Shown here in pieces: positions 28,469 through 38,679 of a stretch of DNA of 64,000 nucleotides; position 1 is the stretch's first letter, and the number at the start of each line of letters is the position of its first letter. Below the pieces are notes generated by a model. It was not told the origin of the DNA, ran no database searches, and saw nothing but the letters and a program-made list of their open reading frames with translations. The stretch covers positions 64,001 through 128,000 of IMG/VR virus record IMGVR_UViG_2724679183_000002; one strand, written 5' to 3'. The position numbers and the translations under genes were made by a program. The DNA comes from a virus (lineage: Duplodnaviria; Caudoviricetes).

Positions 28469-29251
28469 ATGACTAAAATTAACGAAAAGATTCATGTGCT
28501 AACCGACGAAAGTTTAGGCAGAATCAAACGCGAATATGTAGAGGTCGATAGGAAGGCAGATGTGGGAGATCGAGTTGTTGCAGATGGAGACTATCGGGAG
28601 GTCGTAGCCATTTCTTCGAGGCGTGGCATTTGTTTAGACGGAGATATATGTCTAGGAATTCCCCATTCTTACCGTACTCTTGAACCGACCAGCATTGTCC
28701 ACATTGACGGTGAGCGCTATAAAATGGTCGACCGAAAGGCAAAAGTAGGCGAGAAAGTAATCATTACCGAGAGAGTAGATTTTTATATGGACGACATGAC
28801 TGTTGGAAAAGTATATGAAGTTATAAATATTAGTGGAGAAGAAGATGTTGAGGTAATGGATGACACCGAGGAAAAAGCGACTGCATCGAAGAGCGGTTAT
28901 CTAAGCCTCGTCTCACTGACTAAAGAAAATAAGCACCAAAAACCTAAAGCAAAGACAAGAGGATACAAAGAAGTCAAAAATCTTATACATCATGAATTAA
29001 GTATCACGAGGCAAGATATTCAAGAAATGATTAATGTTGCAGTAATAAATGAAATCAAGAAAATGTCCGAGGCAGGAGAGTTTTATAAAATAGCAAGCTC
29101 AAAAATTGACTCGATTATTAAAGATGGATTCAGTGACAGAGGGAATTTGCTATATGGATTTAAGGAGAGGGTGTCACAAACAATTTCTGATGAGGTAGGA
29201 AAACGTATCGCCAATAATTTAAACATAAATGTGGAATTGAAAAATCAATAA
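28469..29251 (+). CDS. Phage protein with a duplicated VDRKAxVG repeat
   Basis: YVEVDRKADVGD and YKMVDRKAKVGE. Confidence 0.6.
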   Translation: MTKINEKIHVLTDESLGRIKREYVEVDRKADVGDRVVADGDYREVVAISSRRGICLDGDICLGIPHSYRTLEPTSIVHIDGERYKMVDRKAKVGEKVIITERVDFYMDDMTVGKVYEVINISGEEDVEVMDDTEEKATASKSGYLSLVSLTKENKHQKPKAKTRGYKEVKNLIHHELSITRQDIQEMINVAVINEIKKMSEAGEFYKIASSKIDSIIKDGFSDRGNLLYGFKERVSQTISDEVGKRIANNLNINVELKNQ

Positions 29252-29264
29252 AATAGTTATTTTA

Positions 29265-29696
29265 TTGAAAGGGGCAATGAAAGTGCCTAATCAAAAGCAA
29301 ATAAAACGCATGAATGATATTAATGACCTGATAAAGCTTATTGCAAGTATAGACAGATGTACTTTCTACTGTAAGTCAAAGGATCGAATAGCGTATTTCA
29401 GATTTAGAACAAAGTTGTTTTTCGTTGATGATTACACAGGGGAAGACGTTTATCCATATGAATTAGGATACGGTCGTGCAAACGGCTTTTCACATGGAGG
29501 GAACATGTGGCAACTGGTCAACAGCTTTAGAAATTTCATCATAACAGGGAAATGCGGCGAGCTGAGGGATTATAAAGAAATATGGGCTTACAGTTATGAA
29601 GGGTGTACGAAAATCCGTCAGAAGGCAAAAGAAATAGGATTTATAGAGACTGTCGATTATCCTTATAGCTTCGATGAATGGATGAAAACTAATTGA
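29265..29696 (+). CDS. Conserved phage protein (YoqJ-like)
   Basis: FFVDDYTG...GFSHGG motif. Confidence 0.6.
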   Translation: MKGAMKVPNQKQIKRMNDINDLIKLIASIDRCTFYCKSKDRIAYFRFRTKLFFVDDYTGEDVYPYELGYGRANGFSHGGNMWQLVNSFRNFIITGKCGELRDYKEIWAYSYEGCTKIRQKAKEIGFIETVDYPYSFDEWMKTN

Positions 29697-29761
29697 TCCA
29701 TGTACAAAATTTTCATTAGATATTTAATGGCTTGGCGCTAAGGAGTTATGTAGCGGAGAGG

Positions 29762-30574
29762 TTAGACTCTCCAGGATTCGAAGGAAGGTATGCGGAGTTT
29801 ACCGTGTTTCGTCTTAAATCTGTGCTTCACATTACATAAGATGGGCTCTATAAATACATAATCGTCAGTTTCAGACCTTAATTGTTTCATAGAATGGAAC
29901 TTACTGCGTTCTGCATTCGGCATGAATTCCATAAATCCAGCTGCAGTTCCATCGGGGTAAGACAGAAGGAATTTTATATCCTTTTTGGTGTAGCCAGTTA
30001 TAAGTACATCTGTGTAATCGTAATTGATTACTTTCAGCCAGTTATGTGAACGCTTATTTATTTCATAAGGGGAGTTAGCTTTCTTTAATACGATTCCTTC
30101 AAGATTCTTTTCTTTGACCAGATTAAAGTAAGCTAATCCGTTTCCGTGTATGCCTTCAATAACAAAAACATTGAGATGGTCAATATTAAGGTCTAGAAGT
30201 ATGTTTTTACGCTCAGTGAGGGGCTTGTGAGAGATTGATTGTCCATCCCTATAGATAACGTCAAAGACACAGTAAACGACCTTGTGAGCCGATTTATTAG
30301 ACATAAAGCGTTCCATTACAGCTTCAAAGTCAGGAGAACCGCCTGGCGCAGCCACAATGATTTCACCATCAAGCACTGTTCCATTAGGAATATCTATATC
30401 TAAGAGCTCTGGGAACTTGCTTGTTACTTCGTTGTTGTGACGAGTGTAAAGCTTAATCTGATTATCAAATTTAGAAAGAATCAAACGGATTCCATCAAAT
30501 TTCAGCTCGGTAATATAACTATCGTCATCAAATGGTTCTTTGATTGAATGCAATAACATTGGCGATACAAACAA
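29762..30574 (-). CDS. ligB: ATP-dependent DNA ligase
   Basis: ELKFDGIR, LDGEI, VFDVI, EGIVLK, WLKVIN. Confidence 0.93.
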   Translation of the reverse strand: MFVSPMLLHSIKEPFDDDSYITELKFDGIRLILSKFDNQIKLYTRHNNEVTSKFPELLDIDIPNGTVLDGEIIVAAPGGSPDFEAVMERFMSNKSAHKVVYCVFDVIYRDGQSISHKPLTERKNILLDLNIDHLNVFVIEGIHGNGLAYFNLVKEKNLEGIVLKKANSPYEINKRSHNWLKVINYDYTDVLITGYTKKDIKFLLSYPDGTAAGFMEFMPNAERSKFHSMKQLRSETDDYVFIEPILCNVKHRFKTKHGKLRIPSFESWRV

Positions 30575-30643
30575 AATATCACCTCCTACTTAGAACATAA
30601 TAGCTAAGCGAAGGTGAGATATAAAGCAAAATGACTGTGGTAC

Positions 30644-31327
30644 TTAATGGGATTCTATAAGCTCCGGTGAGTTGTTTTTAGGCGAGTTAACTAAGGATGA
30701 AACTTGATAAGCTTCCATGTCGTTGGGATCGTATGGTAGCAGTAAGCTTTGTAGATAATCAGGATCAGTATTTTTAGGATTTAACCATTCCTTTTCGTTG
30801 TCATGCGTTAAGATAACAGGCATTCGATCATGTATGTCCTTCATAAGCTCATTGGGTTTTGTAGTAATAATTGTGCAGGTGTATAGTGGATTGCCTTCTG
30901 GTGTGTTCCACTTTTCATATAAGCCTGCAAAAGCAAAGAGATTGGATGATTTAAGCTTAATCCGCATGGGAATCTTAGTCTTTGGATCAAGACGTTTCCA
31001 TTCATAAAAACTGTCAGCCGGTATGATACAACGTTTGCTGACAAGCGGCTTTCTGAAGCTGGGTTTCTCGGCCAATGTTTCAGCACGGGCATTAATCATT
31101 TTATAGCCGATCTTTTCATCCTTAGCCCAGGGAGGAATAAGACCCCATCTAAGCTTACCCAGACGGTTGTTTGATCCATCATTAATGATTGTCAGGATAT
31201 TTTGTGAAGGGGCAATGTTATAACTTGGATGGTATTCGTCTTCGGACAAAAATTGATCTATATTAAACTGTTCGATGATGTCATCAAACTCAGAAAATAA
31301 AGTGAACCTGCCACACATGTTCATCAT
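30644..31327 (-). CDS. yoqW: SRAP/YedK abasic-site processing protein
   Basis: CGRF N-terminus, INARAET, FYEW, IHDRMPVIL. Confidence 0.93.
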   Translation of the reverse strand: MMNMCGRFTLFSEFDDIIEQFNIDQFLSEDEYHPSYNIAPSQNILTIINDGSNNRLGKLRWGLIPPWAKDEKIGYKMINARAETLAEKPSFRKPLVSKRCIIPADSFYEWKRLDPKTKIPMRIKLKSSNLFAFAGLYEKWNTPEGNPLYTCTIITTKPNELMKDIHDRMPVILTHDNEKEWLNPKNTDPDYLQSLLLPYDPNDMEAYQVSSLVNSPKNNSPELIESH

Positions 31328-31346
31328 CCTTTAGGGTTTTTGAATA

Positions 31347-31604
31347 TTGTACAGGCTTGATACACGAAAATCAAAAAGGAGGAATGTGATGCAGCAAACA
31401 GTTGAGGTTAAAGAAGTTGAAGTGTTGATTAGAGGGATATGGACAAAGAAGAAGTTCACGGATATCCAAAAGGGACAAACCTTTAAGATTGAGGAGAACG
31501 GAAGAGCAAAGAAATACATAGCAAGAACAGATCCTTATTGGGATGAGATGTATGAAACCTACATAATTGATTTATTGGATAAAAATAAAATAAGTATAGG
31601 GTGA
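31347..31604 (+). CDS. YoqX-like protein
   Basis: Synteny; AAGGAGG RBS before the internal start. Confidence 0.55.
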   Translation: MYRLDTRKSKRRNVMQQTVEVKEVEVLIRGIWTKKKFTDIQKGQTFKIEENGRAKKYIARTDPYWDEMYETYIIDLLDKNKISIG

Positions 31605-31936
31605 TGTTTCTGAATTTATTGAGAGATGCCCGGATATTAAGAAGAGAACTTCTTCCTGGAGCTTTAGCATTCGTGGGCATGAACTTGTTTGTATACTTTC
31701 TATTCGGTGGTTTAACAGCTACAGACTATCAGATCATGGTAACACGAAGGACAGCAATGGTTATTGTAAGTATTGGAATACCATGTTGTTTTGTTCTAAA
31801 GTACTTGATCGTTTGGAGACCGTTAATCCGAAAGGCAATGGAAGAGTTAAAGGAAGAAGATCAGAATGTACGTATACTCAAGAAATATGAATTTCTAAGA
31901 AGGAAATTTGATAAAACAGAGATTTTATCAGGATAA
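31601..31936 (+). CDS. Small two-TM membrane protein
   Basis: Two hydrophobic helices. Confidence 0.55.
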   Translation: MMFLNLLRDARILRRELLPGALAFVGMNLFVYFLFGGLTATDYQIMVTRRTAMVIVSIGIPCCFVLKYLIVWRPLIRKAMEELKEEDQNVRILKKYEFLRRKFDKTEILSG

Positions 31937-31961
31937 AAATAAAATGAAAAGGGGATTTTTA

Positions 31962-32849
31962 ATGAAGCTTATTGGTATTAAAACAAATAACTGTTTTCTG
32001 GTGTCTGACAATATTCAAGGCGATAGCTATTTTTACAGTCAACTAGATAATTTGCTTTTCGATGGGAAACGAGCAGCTAAAACGTATAAGTCTGACTGGT
32101 TCAAGCTAGATAAGGAACCAAGTGTTATTGAGAAGCAAATGCCAGCTCAAGAAATCAATCATAGATATGAATTAAAAGAAGGGTTCCAGGAAACTGACTT
32201 AACTCCAAAAGTAATTGATGTCTCTTACATAGATGAAGAAAGCGAATACTACGAAGTAAAAGGTCTATATGATTTGAAATTTGAAGAAGTCCCACAGCAG
32301 AATGAAAAGATTGAGTTTGAAATGAATGTAATTGAAGAATTTGACGGAGAACTTAAGTTGAAAAGTCATAATTTCAACTTGAAATATAACTTGCTGGATA
32401 GAATTCAAACGCATCCAATGCTTCTTGAAACAAAGCCGTGTTACCTGTCTCAAGAAGAAAGCTATAAAATTATCAGAAACCATATTAAAGCAAATATTAA
32501 CCCTAAATTTGCAAGAATCACAAGTGATTATGATTTCTGTTTAACTGTGGTCAAAGTTTTGGAACTCTACAAACCTTATGAGTATGTTGTTGATATTAAT
32601 GCAATGTACAAACGGAGAAAGCCTAAGCTTGAGAAAAGATTTCAGACAAAGCGGGAAGTTGAAATTTACAATGTTGCACCTAAAGCTTATCAGAACTACT
32701 CAATTGTAGAGCCATTTAGTGGAAATGACGTTGAAGATCTAAAGAGTAACATTAAGAAGTTTTTAGATGATTTGATGGCTAAAATCAACGAGCCATTAGT
32801 CGAATGTAAATGTTGCAAAGGAAGAGGGGTTATTTTAAATGAAAATTAA
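31962..32849 (+). CDS. gad1: Anti-Gabija protein Gad1
   Basis: 295 aa, MKLIGIKTNNCFLVSDNI...ARITSDYDFC...ECKCCKGRGVILNEN, near-identical to my recollection of phi3T Gad1. Confidence 0.85.
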   Translation: MKLIGIKTNNCFLVSDNIQGDSYFYSQLDNLLFDGKRAAKTYKSDWFKLDKEPSVIEKQMPAQEINHRYELKEGFQETDLTPKVIDVSYIDEESEYYEVKGLYDLKFEEVPQQNEKIEFEMNVIEEFDGELKLKSHNFNLKYNLLDRIQTHPMLLETKPCYLSQEESYKIIRNHIKANINPKFARITSDYDFCLTVVKVLELYKPYEYVVDINAMYKRRKPKLEKRFQTKREVEIYNVAPKAYQNYSIVEPFSGNDVEDLKSNIKKFLDDLMAKINEPLVECKCCKGRGVILNEN

Positions 32850-33111
32850 ATTGGATAAAGACTACATGATAAATCAATTGGAACTGCCGGAATCCTCAAT
32901 CCTAGAAGAAATCACTGGCATTTCTAGGTGGAGCGTTAACTATAGAATTGTGTTCCCATATCAAGGTCGCTTTTATGAAACTTTTTATAGCAGGGGAGCA
33001 ACTGAAATCCAAGATGAGAGCCCTTGGGAATATGATGATCAAGTGGAATGTTATGAAGTTGAATTAAAAGAGGTAAAGGTTAAGAAATGGGCACGGAAAG
33101 AATCTAAATAA
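32839..33111 (+). CDS. Small phage protein overlapping the gad1 3' end
   Basis: SRW...Y..GATE.QDESP motif. Confidence 0.65.
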   Translation: MKIKLDKDYMINQLELPESSILEEITGISRWSVNYRIVFPYQGRFYETFYSRGATEIQDESPWEYDDQVECYEVELKEVKVKKWARKESK

Positions 33112-33137
33112 AAACGATATTTTACGGAAAGAGGTTT

Positions 33138-33275
33138 ATGAAAATGTCTAATTACTTCTGCAATAAATGTAAAAAAGTCTGTGCAAAAGAGGAGGTTGAT
33201 TTAATAGAAGATGCATGGGAAGGCGATTGGCAGGAAGTGCATTCAACATGCGGCGAAAAAGTGACTTGGTTTTAA
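33138..33275 (+). CDS. 45-aa zinc-finger-like peptide between sites 33109 and 33310
   Basis: AGAGG RBS; CNKC...HSTC. Confidence 0.5.
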   Translation: MKMSNYFCNKCKKVCAKEEVDLIEDAWEGDWQEVHSTCGEKVTWF

Positions 33276-33395
33276 AATGGGAAGGTGTAAAGCATTGGCT
33301 GCAGCTGAATAAAAGTAATTTTTTATTTAAAGGAGGTGATAACAATGTAATTCATATGATTCTTTAAAAGTGAAATATAAGAAAGTGGGTGTTAT

Positions 33396-33755
33396 ATGTT
33401 TAGAGCTATAGAGTTAAAGAGGGAAAATTATTCTCACTGCATACTAATTCAATCACAAGAGTCCCTCCACAGTATGAAAGTTGATTTGGAAACGTTTGCT
33501 ACAAAAGAAAATATAGGAGGGAAAGTATTACTTGATACTTTGTTTCATTCGGAAAATACATAGGATCGTTTTTATGAGATAGAAATGGAACATGGAAAAT
33601 TTAATTGGTCGACGTTGAAGGCTGTGACTGTTGATAAACAAAGTGAAATTAGAAAAGAAGTTGGGAAATTTCTTATGAATAATCCTTGGTTAGTCGAATC
33701 ATCTACTTTGACTAATATCCAAAAACGGTTGTTGAGTAAAGGAATAGGAATATAA
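33396..33755 (+). pseudogene. RnlB/LsoB-family antitoxin-like gene with an in-frame TAG at 33561
   Basis: Read-through gives 119 codons: GKVLLDTLFHSENT*DRFYEIEMEHGKFNWSTL...LSKGIGI, resembling recalled LsoB (GDVFFDL..DRY...GEKF...KKGIPI). Confidence 0.6.
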
Positions 33756-33773
33756 AAAAGGAGTGATTATTAA

Positions 33774-34598
33774 TTGTTGAGGATTAAAAACAGAATAGAG
33801 GAACTGTTAAAAAAGATTAAAGGAGCAGAGTGGGTCAGCTTTGGGCGGCGTTCCCAACTCTGCATGCGTCGTATCGCTACGAAGCCATCTAAGTATAACA
33901 CAGTTAAGAAGACTTTTCCAATCTTGGTGACTGCTTTGGCTTCTTTCCTGAATCCAATAAGCATTTTAGCAGCAGACAAGTATAGGAACTTTGAAGAGCT
34001 TAAAGCGAATGAATCACCGTTCAACTTAAGCATGTTCTCAAAAGAACAAGGGACTGATGTATTGATTCTTGCTCCCCATGGAGGTGGTATAGAAGGGGGA
34101 ACAAGTGAGCTTGCAAAGGAATTAAGCGAATCTTACTCTACGTATCTGTTTGAAGCATTAAAGACTCCTGGAGCATTCGATTTGCATTTAACCAGTACGA
34201 ATTTTGATGAACCACAAGCACTTGAGATGTTGAAGGAACATGAGTTCACACTATCACTTCATGGCTACGCTAGTAATGAGGAACATGTTTTAGTTGGCGG
34301 CACAGATCGAGACAAAGCTGAAGCGATAACAAATTCTTTAAATAATGCCGGTTACTCTGCAGAGCTACTTGATGAGGGGACAAGGTTATCTGGTAGTAGC
34401 CCGAATAATATTGCCAATAAAAATAAAACAGGAAAGAGTATTCAACTTGAATTGAGCACTGGACTGCGAAAATCAATGTTTAACACATTTTCTCTAAAAG
34501 GGCGCTCAGGCACAAGAAATGAGACCTTTTATAACTTCATTGACACTCTGTCACGGTTTCTCAATGAAAATGTAGAAGGGAAGGGTTTGACAACATGA
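33774..34598 (+). CDS. pghZ: Poly-gamma-glutamate hydrolase
   Basis: APHGGGIEGGTSE, HLTSTNFDEP, SLHG, IQLELS; synteny with yoqZ. Confidence 0.9.
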   Translation: MLRIKNRIEELLKKIKGAEWVSFGRRSQLCMRRIATKPSKYNTVKKTFPILVTALASFLNPISILAADKYRNFEELKANESPFNLSMFSKEQGTDVLILAPHGGGIEGGTSELAKELSESYSTYLFEALKTPGAFDLHLTSTNFDEPQALEMLKEHEFTLSLHGYASNEEHVLVGGTDRDKAEAITNSLNNAGYSAELLDEGTRLSGSSPNNIANKNKTGKSIQLELSTGLRKSMFNTFSLKGRSGTRNETFYNFIDTLSRFLNENVEGKGLTT

Positions 34599-36337
34599 AC
34601 ATGCAACAGCCCTTATACTATTTTGTTGATGCTCTGGATTGGGGAATTGATGATAAAGGGTCAAATGCAATTGAAACAACAGAGGGCTTTAATAGAGCTT
34701 TAGAGTACGCTAGTTCCAATTCATTTTTTAGAGTTTACGTTCCAAAAGGTAAGTATTTAATCGATGCAGTTAATACAACAAAACGATTGCCTGAATTTGG
34801 CGGTGGAATATATGTTCCATCAAATATTGAGCTGATATTACATCCAGAAGCGGTATTTCACGTGTTGCCCAATGATTATCAGGGATACTCCTGCTTTTAT
34901 GTTGGTCAAGCGAGTAACGTTACAATTCGTGGGGGACAAATCATCGGAGATCGTTATGAGCACGATTATTCAAAAATTAATTCAACACAGGAAACTCATG
35001 AATGGGGATATGGAATACATATTCACGGAAGCAAAAACGTGTTAATAGAAAATGTAAGCATCTCAGACTGTATTGGCGATAACATTTGGATTGCTGCGTA
35101 TGGAATGATGAATACGTCAGGCACATATACACCTTCGAGAAATGTAACTGTAAGAAAGTGTACGTTAAAAAGAGGTAGGAGAAATAACCTTGCTACCAAT
35201 GGATGTGAAGGGTTTCTTGTAGATGACTGTGATATTGAGGAAGCGGGAGGGGATACAATTGGGCCACAACTAGGAATTGATTTAGAAGGCTTTGGTGAAA
35301 AAGGAATTAAGTATGATCACCCGTACAAATTAACTGTACGAAACTGTAGGTTTAAAAACAATGGACGCGGTTCGATTACTGCACATACAAGCGGTAAGGT
35401 AATCATTGATGGAAACTACTGCGACAATGTAATTTCGTATGGTTACAGTACGGATGTTAGCATCAAAAACAACAAGATTATTAATGAGGGCTCAGTTAAG
35501 ACATACGGAATTGATTCGGTGGGGGTTTCAACTACTGAGTCAGGAAATAGAGTACAAATTGATGGCAATACGGTAAGCGGATTTGAAGTAGGTATTTGTG
35601 CAAGAGGAAAAGGCGTAACGATATCAAATAATACCTTGGAAAGAATAAAAGCATGTCCTATTTCAACACATCAGGCAGAGGACGTATTAATCACAGATAA
35701 CAGAATGGAAAACAGCGATTGTATTCAAGTTCAGGTTCGGAACTCAAATGATGTAAGGGTTGTGAATAACAAGGGAAAAGGAACAACCACAGCATACGCT
35801 TCAAAGATAATGGATTCTACCCGAGTCAGTCTCATTAATAATGAGTTTGTTAATGTATATGGAGGAGTTTATTGCGAAAGGTCTCAGTCAGTTCGTTTAA
35901 AGGGGAATGACTTAATATTAAGCGGGAGTGGACACGGCATCTTTTGGGATAAGGACTCTTCCGTCTCATTGCATCGAAATGAAATTCATGAACCTAAAAA
36001 CGTTGCAATTAAAGGCACTCCTGAGAAGTACAGCTGTCAGATTAGTGAGAATCAGATTTATTTTTGTAAGTCATTAATCGCTATTCACCTGGTCGGTGGT
36101 TCAGAACACATACTAAAGGATAATGAGATCATGTTTAATCGTTCGTCAGACCAGGGATATGGAGTTTATTTGGAAAATACGAACAAAGCACGACTGGTAA
36201 GGAATGATGTGCATGGGATTGGAGGCAAGTTACTATCTCATCCTTATTGCACAGAAAAAGCAAAGAATACAACCTTAATTCATAACACTTACAATAGTGG
36301 CACGTTAAAGACTGCAGAAGGAGACACTATAGTTTAG
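34595..36337 (+). CDS. yorA: Right-handed beta-helix (pectate-lyase-like) protein
   Basis: VPKGKYLI, HEWGYGI, repeating PbH1-like pattern; synteny. Confidence 0.8.
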   Translation: MNMQQPLYYFVDALDWGIDDKGSNAIETTEGFNRALEYASSNSFFRVYVPKGKYLIDAVNTTKRLPEFGGGIYVPSNIELILHPEAVFHVLPNDYQGYSCFYVGQASNVTIRGGQIIGDRYEHDYSKINSTQETHEWGYGIHIHGSKNVLIENVSISDCIGDNIWIAAYGMMNTSGTYTPSRNVTVRKCTLKRGRRNNLATNGCEGFLVDDCDIEEAGGDTIGPQLGIDLEGFGEKGIKYDHPYKLTVRNCRFKNNGRGSITAHTSGKVIIDGNYCDNVISYGYSTDVSIKNNKIINEGSVKTYGIDSVGVSTTESGNRVQIDGNTVSGFEVGICARGKGVTISNNTLERIKACPISTHQAEDVLITDNRMENSDCIQVQVRNSNDVRVVNNKGKGTTTAYASKIMDSTRVSLINNEFVNVYGGVYCERSQSVRLKGNDLILSGSGHGIFWDKDSSVSLHRNEIHEPKNVAIKGTPEKYSCQISENQIYFCKSLIAIHLVGGSEHILKDNEIMFNRSSDQGYGVYLENTNKARLVRNDVHGIGGKLLSHPYCTEKAKNTTLIHNTYNSGTLKTAEGDTIV

Positions 36338-36360
36338 ATGAAATTGTAATTTTAACAAGA

Positions 36361-36753
36361 TTGGGAGATGGATTTATGGCCAATATTTTAAGCAAAGAAC
36401 AGGATGAAGCAATCCGGTATTTCAAGAACAAGCTGAACATATCTGAAAAATTGTACATATCCTTAATTAATTTTGAACTGCTTAGAGATAAGCATTATGA
36501 ATTTGCGGAAAGGTTATATGAGCTTTATAAGGCAGACCCTTATCTGTATATTAGAGCGCTTAAAGAAGGTTATGTGGTTGATCAGCCAATTGAATTTAAT
36601 GAAGCAATTGTGCGGTTCTATGATGGTGAAGATCTTGCTGTGATCCATATGACCACGGGGAAGAGATACAATGTAAATGTGAAAATGAAAAAGCTCCCTG
36701 ATGGTTTTACGTTGCAGACAATGAACATGTGGTCTTGGAGTGAGGTTATTTAA
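36361..36753 (+). CDS. yorC: YorC-like protein
   Basis: MANILSKEQDEAIRYFKNKLN. Confidence 0.65.
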   Translation: MGDGFMANILSKEQDEAIRYFKNKLNISEKLYISLINFELLRDKHYEFAERLYELYKADPYLYIRALKEGYVVDQPIEFNEAIVRFYDGEDLAVIHMTTGKRYNVNVKMKKLPDGFTLQTMNMWSWSEVI

Positions 36754-36819
36754 TCGTTTCATTATAATTGCAGGGTTTCGATAATTATCTGAAGCCTTGC
36801 AATTCCTCAACAAATATTA

Positions 36820-36874
36820 AAAATAAAAAATAAGTATAAAAACACTAGACGAATATAAAAAATAAGTATATAAT
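36820..36874 (+). promoter_or_regulatory. Replication-operon promoter overlapped by two SPBRE-like (MrpR) sites
   Basis: ATAAAAAATAAGTATA within 36820-36838 and at 36855-36870; TAGACG-N17-TATAAT. Confidence 0.7.
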
Positions 36875-36905
36875 GAAATCAAGTTAAAGGAAAGGAGGCG
36901 CAGAC

Positions 36906-37268
36906 ATGTCGGTACTGGGAATTACTGAAAAAGCTCTGGATCAATATCGGAAGACGGTCAAATATAATCACGCCACCACACCGGATCAAGTGTTATTAAA
37001 AATGATTCGAAATGTAACTCTTGTAAAAGAAACACATCCTAGTCGAGTGAAGAAACGTTTGTTTTACACAGAGTATGCATACGGCAATTTAGTCATTAAG
37101 GTTAACAGAAAGAAACAGGTCTTTAAAATTTTCAATAAGAAAGACCAAGAAGATGAGCAAGTGAATTGGAAATTTCCTAAAAGGAGATATATAGAGCTAA
37201 ATAAAGAACTCGGGATAAAAGATTGCAAGTTTAGCAAAAATACATATTCAAAGAAAAAACGATCATAA
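36906..37268 (+). CDS. yorE: YorE-like protein
   Basis: First gene of the replication operon. Confidence 0.55.
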   Translation: MSVLGITEKALDQYRKTVKYNHATTPDQVLLKMIRNVTLVKETHPSRVKKRLFYTEYAYGNLVIKVNRKKQVFKIFNKKDQEDEQVNWKFPKRRYIELNKELGIKDCKFSKNTYSKKKRS

Positions 37269-37283
37269 AAATAAAAATAGAGG

Positions 37284-38633
37284 ATGATTTGTTGGATGGC
37301 GAAGAAAAAAGATGAAATTAAAATTAACAAAAAACACGGTGGTAAAGAGTTTACCAATAGTTTCAGGTTTATTGGATTAGTGAAGCCGGTTAGAAAAAAA
37401 GACCCTGAAACAGACAGTTGGTATGATGTTGAAATTTATCAAACGACTGTAACACAGACTAAAAAAAATCGGAGAGTACTTCAATTTAGTATCGAAACTG
37501 CGCCTTATAATGAACTAAAAGTTGAGCTTTCTGGAATGGAACGTGATTTAGCTTATGCATATAGTTCTAAACATAAAAAAACAGTAGCAGTGCCGTGGGC
37601 AGATCGAAACGATAAAACAAAACTTCCTGATGAAACGTATCACGTGATTGCACCAGAATGGGATATGGCTGAACAATTTGCAAAAATCGTAAAGCCTGGT
37701 ATGTGGGTAGAAGTTCAAGGACAGTACGAATTTGATACTTTTGAAAACGACAACGGAGAAGAAATCAAACTAGTAAAACGAATTATTAATAGAGTTTATC
37801 CTTTGAAAAATGGAGAAGTTGAAGTTAAAGATGTCGAAGACGGAGTCCAGTTTAAAGTGTATGACTCAGATCAAGAGGGAATCCGGCTCGGTAGTGGAAA
37901 AGCGAAAGAAGGTGTGGCGAAAATTAAGGTAGGGTGGTTAGATCCTTCTGGAGGAGACCTATTTATCACTAAAGTTACGGACGACGGTGAGGGGGAACGT
38001 TTTAAAGTAAGTTACACTGACGGAGTTGTAGAGACGGACAAGATTAAGGTGTCAAATAATATTCAAAGTGAAGTAAGAGTACCAGAAGCAAACGGTAAAT
38101 ACAGTTATGTGCCTTATGTAAGAGACTTCGGGTCTGAAGATTTTAACGAATATAATAAATTTGAAATGCAGCTAGGGATTAAGAGTACATACCAAGACGA
38201 AGAAACAAAAGACACTAAGGTGAATGGAGTTTATCTTGATTACGGTAAAGAACGAAGTGTTCCAAAAGATGTTGATTTGGTTGTCTATTATAAGGAGCCA
38301 GAAGAAGGAAAAAAATCAATCGCGGATGCTTTTGGCGGTTTAGAGAGAGGTGCTTTTCTGGTTGTTGAAGGAATCGACAATAATAGAGCGCAATTTACAC
38401 AAGTCGAAGTTAAGGAGTCCGAGGATGAAAATCCTTTTGAAGATGTAGGGGAAAAAGTGACTTCCTTTGAGACCGTTTCTACGGGGACACGTAAGGGTTT
38501 AGAAATCCTCAAATACATTGTTGGTACTTATAAATGTGGACTATTGACAGAAGAAGAAATTTCAAATGAGAATACGTCGAATGAAGATCCATTCGCAGAA
38601 GTTGTTATCAGCGATGATGATCTGCCTTTCTAA
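37284..38633 (+). CDS. Putative single-stranded DNA-binding protein (YorF-like)
   Basis: OB-fold-like segments and acidic ISDDDLPF tail. Confidence 0.7.
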   Translation: MICWMAKKKDEIKINKKHGGKEFTNSFRFIGLVKPVRKKDPETDSWYDVEIYQTTVTQTKKNRRVLQFSIETAPYNELKVELSGMERDLAYAYSSKHKKTVAVPWADRNDKTKLPDETYHVIAPEWDMAEQFAKIVKPGMWVEVQGQYEFDTFENDNGEEIKLVKRIINRVYPLKNGEVEVKDVEDGVQFKVYDSDQEGIRLGSGKAKEGVAKIKVGWLDPSGGDLFITKVTDDGEGERFKVSYTDGVVETDKIKVSNNIQSEVRVPEANGKYSYVPYVRDFGSEDFNEYNKFEMQLGIKSTYQDEETKDTKVNGVYLDYGKERSVPKDVDLVVYYKEPEEGKKSIADAFGGLERGAFLVVEGIDNNRAQFTQVEVKESEDENPFEDVGEKVTSFETVSTGTRKGLEILKYIVGTYKCGLLTEEEISNENTSNEDPFAEVVISDDDLPF

Positions 38634-38679
38634 AAAAACAAAATTAGACTATTAAAATTTTAATAAAGGGAGAGATTAG

